From: a bacterium
GTDB lineage: Bacteria; SM23-31
Assembly: GCA_965249485.1 (NCBI GenBank)
Contig: OZ252239.1
Span: 736,001 to 800,000 of the forward strand
Length of the DNA: 64,000 nt
Direction: 5' to 3'
Shown here piece by piece: positions 21,544 to 32,563 of this stretch. The notes under the pieces are model-generated. The model did no database searches, was not told where the DNA came from, and was given only the letters and a program-made list of their open reading frames with translations. Each line of letters begins with the position of its first letter. Position 1 is the stretch's first letter. The position numbers were made by a program, and so were the translations under genes.

Positions 21544-22851
21544 ATGAAAAATATCGGTATAATAATTTGTGTTTCAATTTTGTGTTTGATGATTTTAATC
21601 GGCTGCACAGGCAATGGAAGTATTGAATCCATGAATGAAGGAGAATTGATAGAGTATGCTCGCGGAATCCATGAGCGGACGTTGACGATCGACACCCACG
21701 ACGATATTCCGTTCAATTTCGCATCGGACGAAGTCGATCCGGGTGATCCGGAAAGCAGCCGGCAGGTTACGCTCCCGAAAATGGAAGAAGGTGGGCTTGA
21801 TGTCGGATTTTTTGTTGTGTATGTCGGACAGGCAGAGCGGACACCGGCAGGAAACCGGAATGCTTATGAACAGGCTGTGACAAAATTCGATGCTATACAC
21901 TATATGACCGATGAGATGTATCCGGATAGAATTGAACTCGCTTACACAGCGGACGACATTGTCCGAATTCACGAAAGTGGAAAACTGGTTGCGGTTATCT
22001 GCATGGAAAACGGCTACTCAGTCGGGAATGACTTGTCAAAACTGCAAGAGTTCCACGAGCGGGGTGCCCGTTATATCACACTGGCTCACGGTGGTCATAA
22101 TGATATTTCCGACTCAGCCACACCGAGACCCGGTGAACCGGAAGAAGAACATGGCGGAATCAGCGATTTTGGTGAAGACGTAATTGCAGAGATGAATCGC
22201 CTCGGTATTATGGTCGATATTTCCCACATTTCACACAATGCTGCAATTGAGGCAATGAATCTGTCGAAAGCTCCGGTGATCGCATCCCATTCGAGCTGTA
22301 AAGCACTCAATAACCATCCGCGTAATCTCAGTGACGATGCGCTCCTCGCACTCAAAGAAAACGGCGGTGTTATGCAGACTGTGGCGCTCGATGCCTTTGT
22401 AAAGGAAGTTGTTCTCACCTCGGAGCGTTCTGCAGCGCTGGCTCGGCTCCGGGAAGAATTTGATATTTCCGCACCACGTGGTTCGGTATACCGGAACAGA
22501 GTTGCATCCTTCACACCGGAGGAACGTGCCGCATTCGAGATGAAAATGGCAGAGATTGATGCCCTGAATCCTCCGCCCCCTTCGACTAATGTACAGGACT
22601 TTGTCGATCATATCGACCATGCGGTTGGTCTCATCGGTGTCGATCATGTGGCAATCTCAAGTGATTTTGACGGAGGAGGCGGAATTGAGGGATGGATGAA
22701 TGCCGCCGAGACATCTAATGTCACACTCGAGCTGGTCAAACGGGGATACACTGAAGAAGAAATCGGCAAACTCTGGAGTGGTAATACACTCCGTGTTCTT
22801 CGCGAAACAGAACGTGTCGCAGCCGAACTGCAAAATGCTGCAATGGAATAA
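21544..22851 (+). CDS. Membrane dipeptidase (M19), lipoprotein, copy 1
   Basis: Lipobox LIGC; DTHDD, MEN, VDISH, ASHS, HPRN, SDFDGGG. Confidence 0.92.
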   Translation: MKNIGIIICVSILCLMILIGCTGNGSIESMNEGELIEYARGIHERTLTIDTHDDIPFNFASDEVDPGDPESSRQVTLPKMEEGGLDVGFFVVYVGQAERTPAGNRNAYEQAVTKFDAIHYMTDEMYPDRIELAYTADDIVRIHESGKLVAVICMENGYSVGNDLSKLQEFHERGARYITLAHGGHNDISDSATPRPGEPEEEHGGISDFGEDVIAEMNRLGIMVDISHISHNAAIEAMNLSKAPVIASHSSCKALNNHPRNLSDDALLALKENGGVMQTVALDAFVKEVVLTSERSAALARLREEFDISAPRGSVYRNRVASFTPEERAAFEMKMAEIDALNPPPPSTNVQDFVDHIDHAVGLIGVDHVAISSDFDGGGGIEGWMNAAETSNVTLELVKRGYTEEEIGKLWSGNTLRVLRETERVAAELQNAAME

Positions 22852-22995
22852 ATAACTGTCGTTTTGAAAGAATTGAATTGTATTGATTGTGTCATGTCGC
22901 GAAAAGTAGGACATCGCCCCGTTTGATGCGATTTCCAAAACTCCTTGATTCATAATAAAATGAGTCTTTGTTTTAAAGAATCAGATGGACTATTC

Positions 22996-23030
22996 TGTTA
23001 TAGTGAGGAGCGAAGCGACGTGGCAATTTC
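22996..23030 (+). repeat. Degenerate REP-like intergenic element (type B)
   Basis: TGTTATAGTGAGGAGCGAAGCGACGTGGCAATTTC; shares AGCGACGTGGCAAT with 31278-31312. Confidence 0.55.
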
Positions 23031-23129
23031 TGAGAATCAATGCGCTGAAGCGCAAATATAACAGGCAGATTTCAAATTTTATTATTTGAAAAATAAAACT
23101 AATTTCAACGAATATTATTGGAGAAAAAT

Positions 23130-24431
23130 ATGCTCACCAAATGCATTGTACTTGCATTCATCACAGTACCTCTACTGCTTACCGCATGTTCACAGCAGTC
23201 AGGTGTCGAATCGATGTCGGAAGAAGAAATAAATGCTTTAGCCCAGGGTATTCATGAACGGGCGCTCACTATTGATACCCACGATGATATCCCCCTCAAC
23301 TTTGCAACCGCAGAAGTTGATCCAGCCGATCCGGAGAGCGACTGGCAGGTCACGCTTCCGAAAATGCGTGACGGTGGGCTTGATGCCGGCTTTTTTATCG
23401 TCTATGTCGGACAGGGTGAGCGGACACCAAAAGCATATCAGGATGCATTTAATGAAGCAATTAAGAAATTTGATGCTATACACCGCATGACGGAAGAGAT
23501 GTATCCCGATCTAATAGAACTTGCCTACTCTCCCGAAGATGTCCGAAGAATTCATTCGGAGGGGAAACTTGTTGCAGCCATCGGCATCGAAAACGGCTAT
23601 CCGATTGGCAAAGACCTATCAAGGCTTGAGGAATTTTATAACAGGGGTGGCCGGTACATCACGATTTCACATTTTGGCCATAACCAGATATGTGATTCTT
23701 CCGTTCCGAAAAGCGATGAACCGCTCTCGGAACACGATGGTGTGAGCGAATTCGGCGAGCAGGTCATCGCAGAGATGAACAGACTCGGTATCATGGTCGA
23801 TGTGTCACACGTTTCGAAAACATCGATGCTTGATGCGGTGGAGCTTTCAAAAGCGCCCGTTATATTTTCCCATTCCGGCGTAGCGGCGCTCAACGAACAT
23901 CCCCGAAATGCCGATGACGAAATGCTCCTTGCCCTCAGGGAAAACGGTGGTGTTATCCAGTGTGTTGCGCTGGGAGAATTTGTCAAAACACCGGAAGGGA
24001 CACCCGAATTTCAGGAAGGACTCCGTGCGTTCCGTGCCGAATACGGTATAACAGCAACCGATAATTTCGGAATCATCCGTCAGCTGACCCAGCAGCCGGA
24101 AGACCGCCAGACGGAGTATATGGAGAAAATAGGAGGGCTCAATAAAAAGTATGGTGTTCCCGACATTAACGTTGCCGATTTTGTCGACCATATCGACCAT
24201 GCAGTCAACCTCATCGGCATCGACCATGTCGGTATCAGTTCCGATTTTGACGGTGGTGGCGGTGTTACGGGTTGGAACGACGCATCGGAAACGTTCAACG
24301 TCACGCTCGAACTCGTCCGTCGCGGCTACAGTGAAGAAGCAATAAAAAAACTCTGGGGCGAAAATACTCTCCGTGTCTGGAGCGAGGTCGAACGCATAGC
24401 ACAGGAAATTCAACTGAGTATGGATGAGTAA
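23130..24431 (+). CDS. Membrane dipeptidase (M19), lipoprotein, copy 2
   Basis: Lipobox LTAC; same motifs as copy 1; ATG 23130 follows GGAG. Confidence 0.92.
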   Translation: MLTKCIVLAFITVPLLLTACSQQSGVESMSEEEINALAQGIHERALTIDTHDDIPLNFATAEVDPADPESDWQVTLPKMRDGGLDAGFFIVYVGQGERTPKAYQDAFNEAIKKFDAIHRMTEEMYPDLIELAYSPEDVRRIHSEGKLVAAIGIENGYPIGKDLSRLEEFYNRGGRYITISHFGHNQICDSSVPKSDEPLSEHDGVSEFGEQVIAEMNRLGIMVDVSHVSKTSMLDAVELSKAPVIFSHSGVAALNEHPRNADDEMLLALRENGGVIQCVALGEFVKTPEGTPEFQEGLRAFRAEYGITATDNFGIIRQLTQQPEDRQTEYMEKIGGLNKKYGVPDINVADFVDHIDHAVNLIGIDHVGISSDFDGGGGVTGWNDASETFNVTLELVRRGYSEEAIKKLWGENTLRVWSEVERIAQEIQLSMDE

Positions 24432-24669
24432 TAGTTTTATCAGGAAGAAGTCTCAACCTTAATATGAATATGATAAAATTCATATTGTTGATGAGAATAC
24501 TACTAATTTAGGAAGCAGACAATGTTGTATTATTCAGTCTGTCAATGTGAAAAAAGCCTTTATCGGAGTAAAATCTAAAAGAGAGAAAACACCAACAATC
24601 TATGGATAGAAATTTCTACAAGAGAAATTCTCGGACGCCAGACTCAAGTAGTAAATTGTTGCTCAATAA

Positions 24670-25650
24670 TCACGGTTCCCTTACCGCAATCAATTCTTTT
24701 TCTACGAGCCACGTTGTTCCGATTCGGGTCAACTCCTGATGGAGCTGCTCCTTCCATCCCTGCACATGGTCGGTATCGAGCCAGATAATATCTTTCGGTT
24801 CCCCGGCGGTGTCATACAGCTGCTCAACCGAATCCAGCGGTAGCATTTCGTCATCCGAACCATTCACCATCAAAAAATGTCTTGGTGTAATCCGGTCCAC
24901 ATATCGGAGAGGTTCGACCGGATAAAGAAGCAATTGAGCAAGATAACCCGCAGGTTTCCGGAGCAAATTAGGGCCAATGTCCTGATATTCGAGATTATGT
25001 GTGATAAGTGATCCAATATTACCAGCCGTAAAAAAAGACATAACGCCTTTGATTCGTGTATCGAGCGCTCCGCCGATTATCGCAAAAAAACCGCCGAAAC
25101 TGACACCGGCGGTGAAAATCTCATCGCTCTTCACTTCCGGGATCCAGGTCAAATACTCAACCATCGTCAACACGCCCCCAACAGATGCCATTACTGCTCG
25201 TCTGATATTGGGAAGCTCGTTCAGAAACTCCACTATGGGTACTTTTTTTGTTTTCCCCTCATATGGGTAATCCATTGTCATAAATACAATATTTTTTGTC
25301 AAATCGGTCCTGCCGACAAGAAATATCGCTTCCCTGCCGGTATTAAGTCCACCAACAAGGATGACTGCTGGAGACGGCTTCCGGTCAACAGGAATCCGAA
25401 GATAACACCTGAGTGCTGGCAGAGTTTTGCTCCGGATGAGGACACTGTACACGTAACCGAATTCATCATATCCGATCTGATCAACCTGAGAGGATTCAAT
25501 AGGAGAATAAAAGGAATAAAGGTAATTTGTGTGGTCTTGGGTGTTGAAATAACCGACCGCAAGGATTAGCAAAAAAATCAAAATAATACCGATACAGATA
25601 GCGGTCAGAATTATTTTCGGGAATGACAGTATTTTTCCACGAGGTATCAC
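24670..25650 (-). CDS. Membrane-anchored alpha/beta hydrolase
   Basis: N-terminal TM helix, GVSFGG nucleophile elbow, D (GSDDE) and H (DTDH) candidates for the triad. Confidence 0.75.
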   Translation of the reverse strand: MIPRGKILSFPKIILTAICIGIILIFLLILAVGYFNTQDHTNYLYSFYSPIESSQVDQIGYDEFGYVYSVLIRSKTLPALRCYLRIPVDRKPSPAVILVGGLNTGREAIFLVGRTDLTKNIVFMTMDYPYEGKTKKVPIVEFLNELPNIRRAVMASVGGVLTMVEYLTWIPEVKSDEIFTAGVSFGGFFAIIGGALDTRIKGVMSFFTAGNIGSLITHNLEYQDIGPNLLRKPAGYLAQLLLYPVEPLRYVDRITPRHFLMVNGSDDEMLPLDSVEQLYDTAGEPKDIIWLDTDHVQGWKEQLHQELTRIGTTWLVEKELIAVREP

Positions 25651-26594
25651 TGGGATGATATAGTAATTGTTGTTCCAACTGTTATTGGAAATCCAAACAT
25701 GCCTGAAACCAGTCCGGAATCACCGAGAGACATTTCTCCTGATAGATTCTGCGTAATGGTTCCGCTTTGCACCCAACCGGTAATGGTATCGACAGTAAAA
25801 TGTCCGGAATGGGTCCCGTTCATCGATACATTCATCAAAACGCCGGCACCACCAGGTAGTTGTGCTCCCGGCACGGATTGCATACTTCCATTGACCGCAA
25901 TCCGGCTTTTACTGTTTGTACGCGATTGAAGCGTATAAGTAGTATTCATTTCAAGCGAATAACCCTGTGAAAACCGGTTTGTCCTGTTCCATGAATCGCC
26001 GGCAGCAACCGGCTTATCTGGATAAATATAGAACATATATTCCATCATCTCTTGAAAAACTCTGTCATTGAGATAAGACTCATAAAGATGTGCATGCTCG
26101 GGATTTATTGTCCTCAAAGCCGATGTGATTATCTCTTTCAAGCCCAGGATCTCAACAATTCGTCCGCTTGAAGCTATTATCATTGTGTACGGTTTCCTGA
26201 TAATCGCATTTAACAGTGGAGCAATCGGACCGTCTGCATTAGATTGTATTGCCGAATCATATGAGATATCCTGTGCTATGCCCTGAAGGCCATCGACATG
26301 AGTGTTGAGTTGAATCCGTTTATACGTTGCCCGAACTGTTGCCCTGCCATTTCTGTCAACCATTTCAACACTAAACTCATGATGCATAACAAGTGTATGA
26401 TTGAAATCGAGATCCATACCGATCATGGATGTTTTGGTATTCGATTCGAATTGTACCACCATCCTATGCAAATCGTCGGCTTTCAAATTAAGCCGAAGAT
26501 ATCTGCTCTCTTGCTGGCCGAATACGGAATTCAAAGGCAATAAGAGCAAATATAATCCGGTTATAGTTACTTTTTCTAAAAGATTTCGATACAT
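25647..26594 (-). CDS. Secreted beta-rich protein (DUF6263-like)
   Basis: Signal peptide; YDS, G.I..I.G, YPDKPV..GDSW, D..TGW motifs; ATGA overlap with the hydrolase gene. Confidence 0.6.
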   Translation of the reverse strand: MYRNLLEKVTITGLYLLLLPLNSVFGQQESRYLRLNLKADDLHRMVVQFESNTKTSMIGMDLDFNHTLVMHHEFSVEMVDRNGRATVRATYKRIQLNTHVDGLQGIAQDISYDSAIQSNADGPIAPLLNAIIRKPYTMIIASSGRIVEILGLKEIITSALRTINPEHAHLYESYLNDRVFQEMMEYMFYIYPDKPVAAGDSWNRTNRFSQGYSLEMNTTYTLQSRTNSKSRIAVNGSMQSVPGAQLPGGAGVLMNVSMNGTHSGHFTVDTITGWVQSGTITQNLSGEMSLGDSGLVSGMFGFPITVGTTITISSQ

Positions 26595-26759
26595 TTCGTC
26601 AGACTTTAGCTGTGTTAATTAATATATTTTCTTTTTATTTCAGTTGAGTGTTTTGCGCTTAGACTGATCTTCGAAACTGAAACTGCTGCACAGATCTTGA
26701 ATTTATGAGAAGATGCTGGTCTGAGCGAATACACCCTGAATTTTCAAAATGGAGAAAAG

Positions 26760-28697
26760 CTATTGGTTTTCTTCCGGGCTGCCGAGCCGGATATCCTTCT
26801 TTATTACTCCTCCGCGTGTGGATGAATAGCGGAGCGTTGCCATTACCGGCAAATCACTATTCAGCTTCACCCGAAACGTGACCTTCTTTTTTTCACCGCC
26901 TTCAAGTCTGTCAATATCGATAAAAGGTTCTTCCGGCTCAACCATTTCAAATGTCTTTTCGGTTTCTTTTTTGTTGCCGGACTCAGAATCTTCTGAAGAA
27001 TCCTTACCGTTTTCTTTCGGGAAATCGAGATAGATCATATCAGGTCTCACGATCTTGACAAGCTGTGCCTGTTTGAGCGCAGTTGGCAGATAGCCTCTGT
27101 TTTCAACCTCAATCTCAATCGTATATTCACGGTTTTTATGTTCTTTTATTTTCGGCTCGTGCATCACCACATCCGGCATGTGACTTGCAAGCATCAGATT
27201 GAACCGTGCTTCCTTTTCGGCCCAGAGTTCCAGCAGCTCAGGGGGTCCGTTTTGACGCCAGAATTTCGGATTCCATCCGCCCACCTCCACTTCACCATAT
27301 TGGGGATGGGGTACCCATGTCCAATCCTGAAACCGTGACTTTGTCAACTCAGTTTCATTGTAAATTAGCTTATCAATCTCTTCATTTTCCTCGCCGTTAC
27401 CATTTAGGTCACCGACCCAGCCGCCATTCCAGAGCTCGTCACCGTACCAGATAGAACCGTAATACCAGTAACCAAAATCGGGACCGTGTCCGAATAATGG
27501 GATTCCGAGACTTTCACGTCCACGTGTGTTGCGGTAATCGAAATAAACATCACCTGCCCATGAATATCCTGAAATCTCCATCCCCTTCTTGTCGAAATAG
27601 CGGAGCAAATCGAGGTCTTCAGGATACATACGTTCCTCACTTTTTGATGTGGATGGACCGCGTAAGTGCATCGGTACAGTTGTATCCATCGAATTGACAA
27701 CTCCAATATTCGGATGCTCAAGGAGAAAAATAATCAGCGATCGGGTCTCACTCTCCGAAAGAGGATATTCACCTGCGCCGACCTGTGTCCATCCCCGATC
27801 AGTCCGATCCCTGCCCGGCATAGGGCGCCAGTTTTCCGGATAATTTCTATGGAGATCGAGTCCGCCTATCCCGTCTTCATTGAATTCACCATCCCCATCA
27901 TTATCAATTCCTTCAGACAGAACAAGATAATCACCCTGCTCATCCGATTCCTCATCAATTTCACGCATAATTCTACCGTGTACATCTGTCGTATCGATCA
28001 CATGCGTTCCCTCTCCGAGTGGAACCTTGACTCGCATACTCCGGGAAAATCCATCCCCGTCAAGGTCTTCGAGCGGATCTTCATCGAGCAGCCCGTCATC
28101 GTCATTGTCATAAGGACGGACAGTACTCCGAAGGGTTTGGATCGTATTAAAATAGAGAAGACTCCCGTCCGGATTGTTTTTCGGTCGGAAATAAAATGCA
28201 TAACGGTCAATAAGCCGGGTGATTTCGGGATCATTCCCATACTCTGTGAGCATATGATTCATCATCCAGAATACCGATTCTCCAGCCGTTACTTCACCGG
28301 CATGGCGATTTGCATCGATCAGCATCGCAGGCTTATCTGTGTCCGCGCCGGTTGCTTTATTTGTAATTGTAATCTGGTAAATATCTCTTCCTTCAAAACT
28401 GATTCCACCGACATACAACTCAAATATATCTGGATACTCCTGCTCCCACCGTTTGAACCACTCAACCATTTCATCATACGGATGATAATGCTGGAAGTCC
28501 CATTCGCCGTCTTTGAGCGGTTTTGTCTCCTCAAAACTCACTTTCTTGAAATAATTTTTTCCATGTCGAAACCCTTTAAGTTTCCAGAATGTTTCATTAG
28601 GGACACTATTTTTCTGAGATTGGGCATGTACGTTCAATGAGTTGAACATAATGATCATTCCTAAAAAAACAGTAAGGTTCACTAATCTGTTATACAT
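26760..28697 (-). CDS. M14 family zinc carboxypeptidase, secreted
   Basis: HAGE, NPDG, DLHRNYP, YPLSESET; several DxDxDG Ca-binding-like loops. Confidence 0.88.
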   Translation of the reverse strand: MYNRLVNLTVFLGMIIMFNSLNVHAQSQKNSVPNETFWKLKGFRHGKNYFKKVSFEETKPLKDGEWDFQHYHPYDEMVEWFKRWEQEYPDIFELYVGGISFEGRDIYQITITNKATGADTDKPAMLIDANRHAGEVTAGESVFWMMNHMLTEYGNDPEITRLIDRYAFYFRPKNNPDGSLLYFNTIQTLRSTVRPYDNDDDGLLDEDPLEDLDGDGFSRSMRVKVPLGEGTHVIDTTDVHGRIMREIDEESDEQGDYLVLSEGIDNDGDGEFNEDGIGGLDLHRNYPENWRPMPGRDRTDRGWTQVGAGEYPLSESETRSLIIFLLEHPNIGVVNSMDTTVPMHLRGPSTSKSEERMYPEDLDLLRYFDKKGMEISGYSWAGDVYFDYRNTRGRESLGIPLFGHGPDFGYWYYGSIWYGDELWNGGWVGDLNGNGEENEEIDKLIYNETELTKSRFQDWTWVPHPQYGEVEVGGWNPKFWRQNGPPELLELWAEKEARFNLMLASHMPDVVMHEPKIKEHKNREYTIEIEVENRGYLPTALKQAQLVKIVRPDMIYLDFPKENGKDSSEDSESGNKKETEKTFEMVEPEEPFIDIDRLEGGEKKKVTFRVKLNSDLPVMATLRYSSTRGGVIKKDIRLGSPEENQ

Positions 28698-28931
28698 AGT
28701 TGGGTCCTTTCAATGAACTGTGAAGACATTCTTTTTACACAACAAAATCATGCGAAATGAAAGAGTAGATTTGAATCAATAATGCAGCTGTCCTGCTGAA
28801 ACCAACAGCTATTTGCATTTTAATAGAATGTGATGTATATTTATTGCTGGTTTTGCTATTTACAAAATGAAGAAATGAAAACGTAGTATAAAAAAACAAC
28901 GACATAAAATCAATCTATATATTATGCGAAA

Positions 28932-31136
28932 GTGAACAAGCGGAATAATCCAATACCGACAATGAGTACATTTGAATACTACATTCAAGGAATGGACTGT
29001 AACGAAGAAGTTACAGCCCTTAAAAAAGAGCTTGTACCGCTTCTGGGGAGCGAATCGAATCTCGCGTTCGATCTAATGAAGGCGAAATTAACTATTACCG
29101 CTCCGGAAAATTCACCGGTCAATCATACAACAATACGGGATTCAATCAAGCAGACGGGTATGACCGCTATCACCTGGAGCGATCATATTGCGAAGAACAA
29201 TAATAAAGAGGGATTCTGGGCAAAACACGGCAGGACGGTAATGTGTTACATGAGCGGTGTTTTCATGATAGCAGGATTTACTGTTCATGCCAATTTGCAT
29301 GGATTTTTTGATGCATTATCATCCGGATCTGATGGTGTTCATGCCTATCCTGCTACCTCAATGCTCTGTTATTTTGGTGCAATCATTACAGGAATCTGGT
29401 TCATTGCACCGAAAGCCTTTCTCTCTACAAGGAAAATGCGGCCTGATATGAGTCTTCTCATGACCGTTGCGGTAATCGGAGCGCTCATACTCGGAGAATA
29501 TTTCGAGGCGTCGGCAGTCACGTTTTTATTTGCACTTTCACTGCTGCTCGAATCGTGGAGCATCGGGCGTGCACGACGTGCAATCGGTGCACTTGTCGAT
29601 CAGTCACCGGCAACGGCCAGATATAGTCCGGAGGGAGAAGAGGATATTTTGGAATCACCGGTTGAGGATATTCCCGTAGGATCTACCATATATGTCCGGC
29701 CAGGGGACAAGATTCCTCTTGACGGTGTCATTTTGAAAGGGGCAACAGCAGTTGATCAGGCGCCGATTACCGGAGAATCGATTCCGGTCGAAAAAACAGA
29801 TGGTGACGAGGTGTTTGCAGGAACGATAAACGGTGATGGCGCATTCGAGATGAAATCAACGAAACCTGCTCAGGACACAACCCTGTCACGTATTGTCCGT
29901 ATGGTGGATGAAGCCCGGTCTCGCAAGGCTCCGAGTGAGCAGTGGATCGAAAAATTTGCCCGTTACTATACACCGGTAATGATGATACTTGCAGTGACAA
30001 TTGCCCTGCTGCCGCCGGTTTTCAGCGGAGGAGAGTGGAGTGGATGGTTTTATCAGGCGCTTGTAATCCTTGTTATAGCATGTCCATGTGCGCTGGTGAT
30101 ATCGACACCGGTCAGCATAGTTGCTGCATTAACTGCAGCAGCGCGCGCTGGCGTCCTTATAAAAGGGGGAGTATATCTGGAAAAATCAGCAGGATTACAA
30201 ACAGTGGTATTCGACAAAACAGGGACTTTGACGCATGGCAGACCGTCTGTCCGGGACATCATTCCGATGGATGACCACTCTGAAGAAGATCTCTTGCGGT
30301 GTGCAGCCGCACTCGAAATTCATAGCACCCATCCGATTGCCAGAGCAATAATCAGAGAAGCGGAATCAGCAGGTATCGGTGTTGCGCAAGCTGATGAATT
30401 TACCCTCATTCAAGGCAAGGGCGCCGAAGGTAGAATCAATGGTAAAAAATACTGGATCGGTAGTCACCGATTTATGCACGAAAAAGGGACAGAACCTGAA
30501 GAATTTCACATAAAGGCTGAAGAGTTGGAAGAGCAGGGTAAGTCTGTTGTTGCAATGGGTACTGGCGACCATGTGTGTGGACTGATTAGTCTAGCGGATG
30601 AGGTGAGAGATACTTCACGATCTACGATTGAAGCAATTAAAGCACTTGGAGTAGAGCAGGTCGTCATGTTGACCGGAGATAATCAAGGAACAGCCCAGAC
30701 CGTTGCACATTTACTCGGTGTTGAAGAATTTGAATCTGACCTCCTTCCTGAAGACAAGGTCAGGATCGTTGAAACGCTGGTAAAGCAGCACGGTGAGGTT
30801 GCCATGGTTGGAGACGGTGTTAATGATGCTCCGGCATTAGCAACATCATCGCTCGGTATTGCCATGGGTGCCGCAGGTACCGATGCGGCAATTGAGACGG
30901 CAGACATATCACTCATGTCGGATGACATAACGAAAATCCCCTGGCTCATCGGCTACTCGCGGCGGACGCTCAGTATCATCAAACAAAATATAATTTTTTC
31001 TCTTGGTCTGAAACTGTTGTTTATCATTCTTGCTTTTGCCGGACTGGCAACACTCTGGATGGCAATTGCCGCCGATATGGGCGCCACTTTTGTCGTTATC
31101 TTCAACGGCCTCCGCCTCCTAAACGGAAAATCGTAG
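28932..31136 (+). CDS. Heavy-metal-translocating P1B-type ATPase (Zn/Cd/Pb, CadA/ZntA-like)
   Basis: GMDCNEE HMA variant, TGES, CPC, DKTGT, HP, GDGVNDAP, K in TM7 and D in TM8 (ADMG). Confidence 0.92.
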   Translation: MNKRNNPIPTMSTFEYYIQGMDCNEEVTALKKELVPLLGSESNLAFDLMKAKLTITAPENSPVNHTTIRDSIKQTGMTAITWSDHIAKNNNKEGFWAKHGRTVMCYMSGVFMIAGFTVHANLHGFFDALSSGSDGVHAYPATSMLCYFGAIITGIWFIAPKAFLSTRKMRPDMSLLMTVAVIGALILGEYFEASAVTFLFALSLLLESWSIGRARRAIGALVDQSPATARYSPEGEEDILESPVEDIPVGSTIYVRPGDKIPLDGVILKGATAVDQAPITGESIPVEKTDGDEVFAGTINGDGAFEMKSTKPAQDTTLSRIVRMVDEARSRKAPSEQWIEKFARYYTPVMMILAVTIALLPPVFSGGEWSGWFYQALVILVIACPCALVISTPVSIVAALTAAARAGVLIKGGVYLEKSAGLQTVVFDKTGTLTHGRPSVRDIIPMDDHSEEDLLRCAAALEIHSTHPIARAIIREAESAGIGVAQADEFTLIQGKGAEGRINGKKYWIGSHRFMHEKGTEPEEFHIKAEELEEQGKSVVAMGTGDHVCGLISLADEVRDTSRSTIEAIKALGVEQVVMLTGDNQGTAQTVAHLLGVEEFESDLLPEDKVRIVETLVKQHGEVAMVGDGVNDAPALATSSLGIAMGAAGTDAAIETADISLMSDDITKIPWLIGYSRRTLSIIKQNIIFSLGLKLLFIILAFAGLATLWMAIAADMGATFVVIFNGLRLLNGKS

Positions 31137-31277
31137 TATGTAGTGTGGGTATATTAGCGGATTCATTAGAATAATTTGATAGATTAAAACCGGAAATGGG
31201 TCGACTTCGTTCCACCAAAATAGAGTGGAACATTACTCACATGACATTCCATACCATTACAGAGATTAGAATCTTCA

Positions 31278-31312
31278 CATCATTGCGATGAGTCTAGCGA
31301 CGTGGCAATCTC
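31278..31312 (+). repeat. Degenerate REP-like intergenic element (type B)
   Basis: CATCATTGCGATGAGTCTAGCGACGTGGCAATCTC, with ATTGC/GCAAT arms. Confidence 0.55.
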
Positions 31313-31533
31313 TGAATTTTAATCCGATAATCGTAAGATTGGTAAAAAAATCTTCCCACATATTGTTATTTATATTAAAAAAAGAACAAAATGTAATTTA
31401 TAGTTGTTATATAACGAAAACGTTTTTAGTAATCGCATCATCCTATTTAATCTGATTTAGGTTTATCAGTCCGGGCAATCCGGAAACCGGATCACCATTT
31501 CTAAACACTCAGTCACAATACGAGGAGGAATAG

Positions 31534-32400
31534 ATGACTGTCACAAGAACAGTTTTAATACTTTGTATGCTTTGTCTCACTGCAGCTCCATCATTTGCAC
31601 AGAACGAGTTTGATGATGTTGAGATAACAACTACTCATATAGCAGGTCCGATTTATATGCTTCAGGGTCAGGGAGGCAATATTGGTGTTACTGCCGGCAC
31701 GGACGGAATACTGATCATTGACGACCAGTTTGCTCCCCTGGCCGATAAAATTATCAATGCTCTTGAGGATTTGAACAGCGGAGAATTGCAGTTCATACTC
31801 AATACCCATTACCACGGTGACCATACCGGCGGTAATGAGATTCTCGGAAAATCGGCTCCGATTATTTCACATACCAACACACGGAAACGGCTGCTCGACA
31901 ATCCAAAAGAAGCCTTGCCGGTCATAACATTTGATGATGAAGCCTCAGTCCATTTTAATGGTGAAGAGATTAAAACTATCCACATTCCCAACAGCCATAC
32001 TGACGGCGATCTTGTTATTATTTTTACCGGATCAAATGTCGTTCACATGGGCGATAATTTTTTCGTCAACCGGTTCCCTTATGTTGATATCGATGCCGGA
32101 GGGAATGCCATAAGTATGCGCCGTAACATCGGCGAAATGCTAAGGAAGATTCCCGAGGATGCACAAATAATTCCCGGACATGGTCAGCTTGCTTCTCATG
32201 GAGACCTTCGAAACACATACAATATGCTCGATGAAACTATCAGTATTATCAACGGCAAAAAAGAGAGCGGTTTAAGTATCGAAGAAATTCAAGCCGAAGG
32301 ACTTCCGGTAAAATATGAGTCGTGGGGAGCTGGGTTTATCGGTACCAACGAATGGATCGAGAGTGTCTACAAAAGTCTTTCGGGTAGACGTCACCGCTAA
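31534..32400 (+). CDS. Secreted MBL-fold metallo-hydrolase (cyclase-like)
   Basis: Signal peptide; THYHGDH, HTDGD, GD, PGHG; strong GAGGAGG RBS. Confidence 0.88.
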   Translation: MTVTRTVLILCMLCLTAAPSFAQNEFDDVEITTTHIAGPIYMLQGQGGNIGVTAGTDGILIIDDQFAPLADKIINALEDLNSGELQFILNTHYHGDHTGGNEILGKSAPIISHTNTRKRLLDNPKEALPVITFDDEASVHFNGEEIKTIHIPNSHTDGDLVIIFTGSNVVHMGDNFFVNRFPYVDIDAGGNAISMRRNIGEMLRKIPEDAQIIPGHGQLASHGDLRNTYNMLDETISIINGKKESGLSIEEIQAEGLPVKYESWGAGFIGTNEWIESVYKSLSGRRHR

Positions 32401-32453
32401 CAACACACGTGCTCTAAGTACTGGTAATTTTACTGATAGCGTCAAAAATATGC

Positions 32454-32502
32454 TTGACATAAGCATTTTTTTGTTCTATAATACAGACTGACTGGTTGGT
32501 AT
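32454..32502 (+). promoter_or_regulatory. Sigma70 promoter with putative TetR (NemR-like) operator
   Basis: TTGACA(32454)-17 bp-TATAAT(32477), followed by CAGACTGACTGGTTGGTA. Confidence 0.8.
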
Positions 32503-32563
32503 GTGCGGTTGGGTGGTTTCTGGTTTTTTATGATAGTGTTTTTTCAAAATAAAGAGGTACCCC

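Noticed and set aside
24490..24660. Possible gene relics in the long spacers (also 31140-31270 and 48780-48950)
   Set aside because: Only short, stop-ridden frames with no recognisable motifs; tblastx would be needed.
27666..28640. 324-aa plus-strand ORF
   Set aside because: Antisense shadow of the M14 peptidase with no motifs. The same applies to other antisense ORFs such as 3572-4216, 38298-38924 and 53021-53743.
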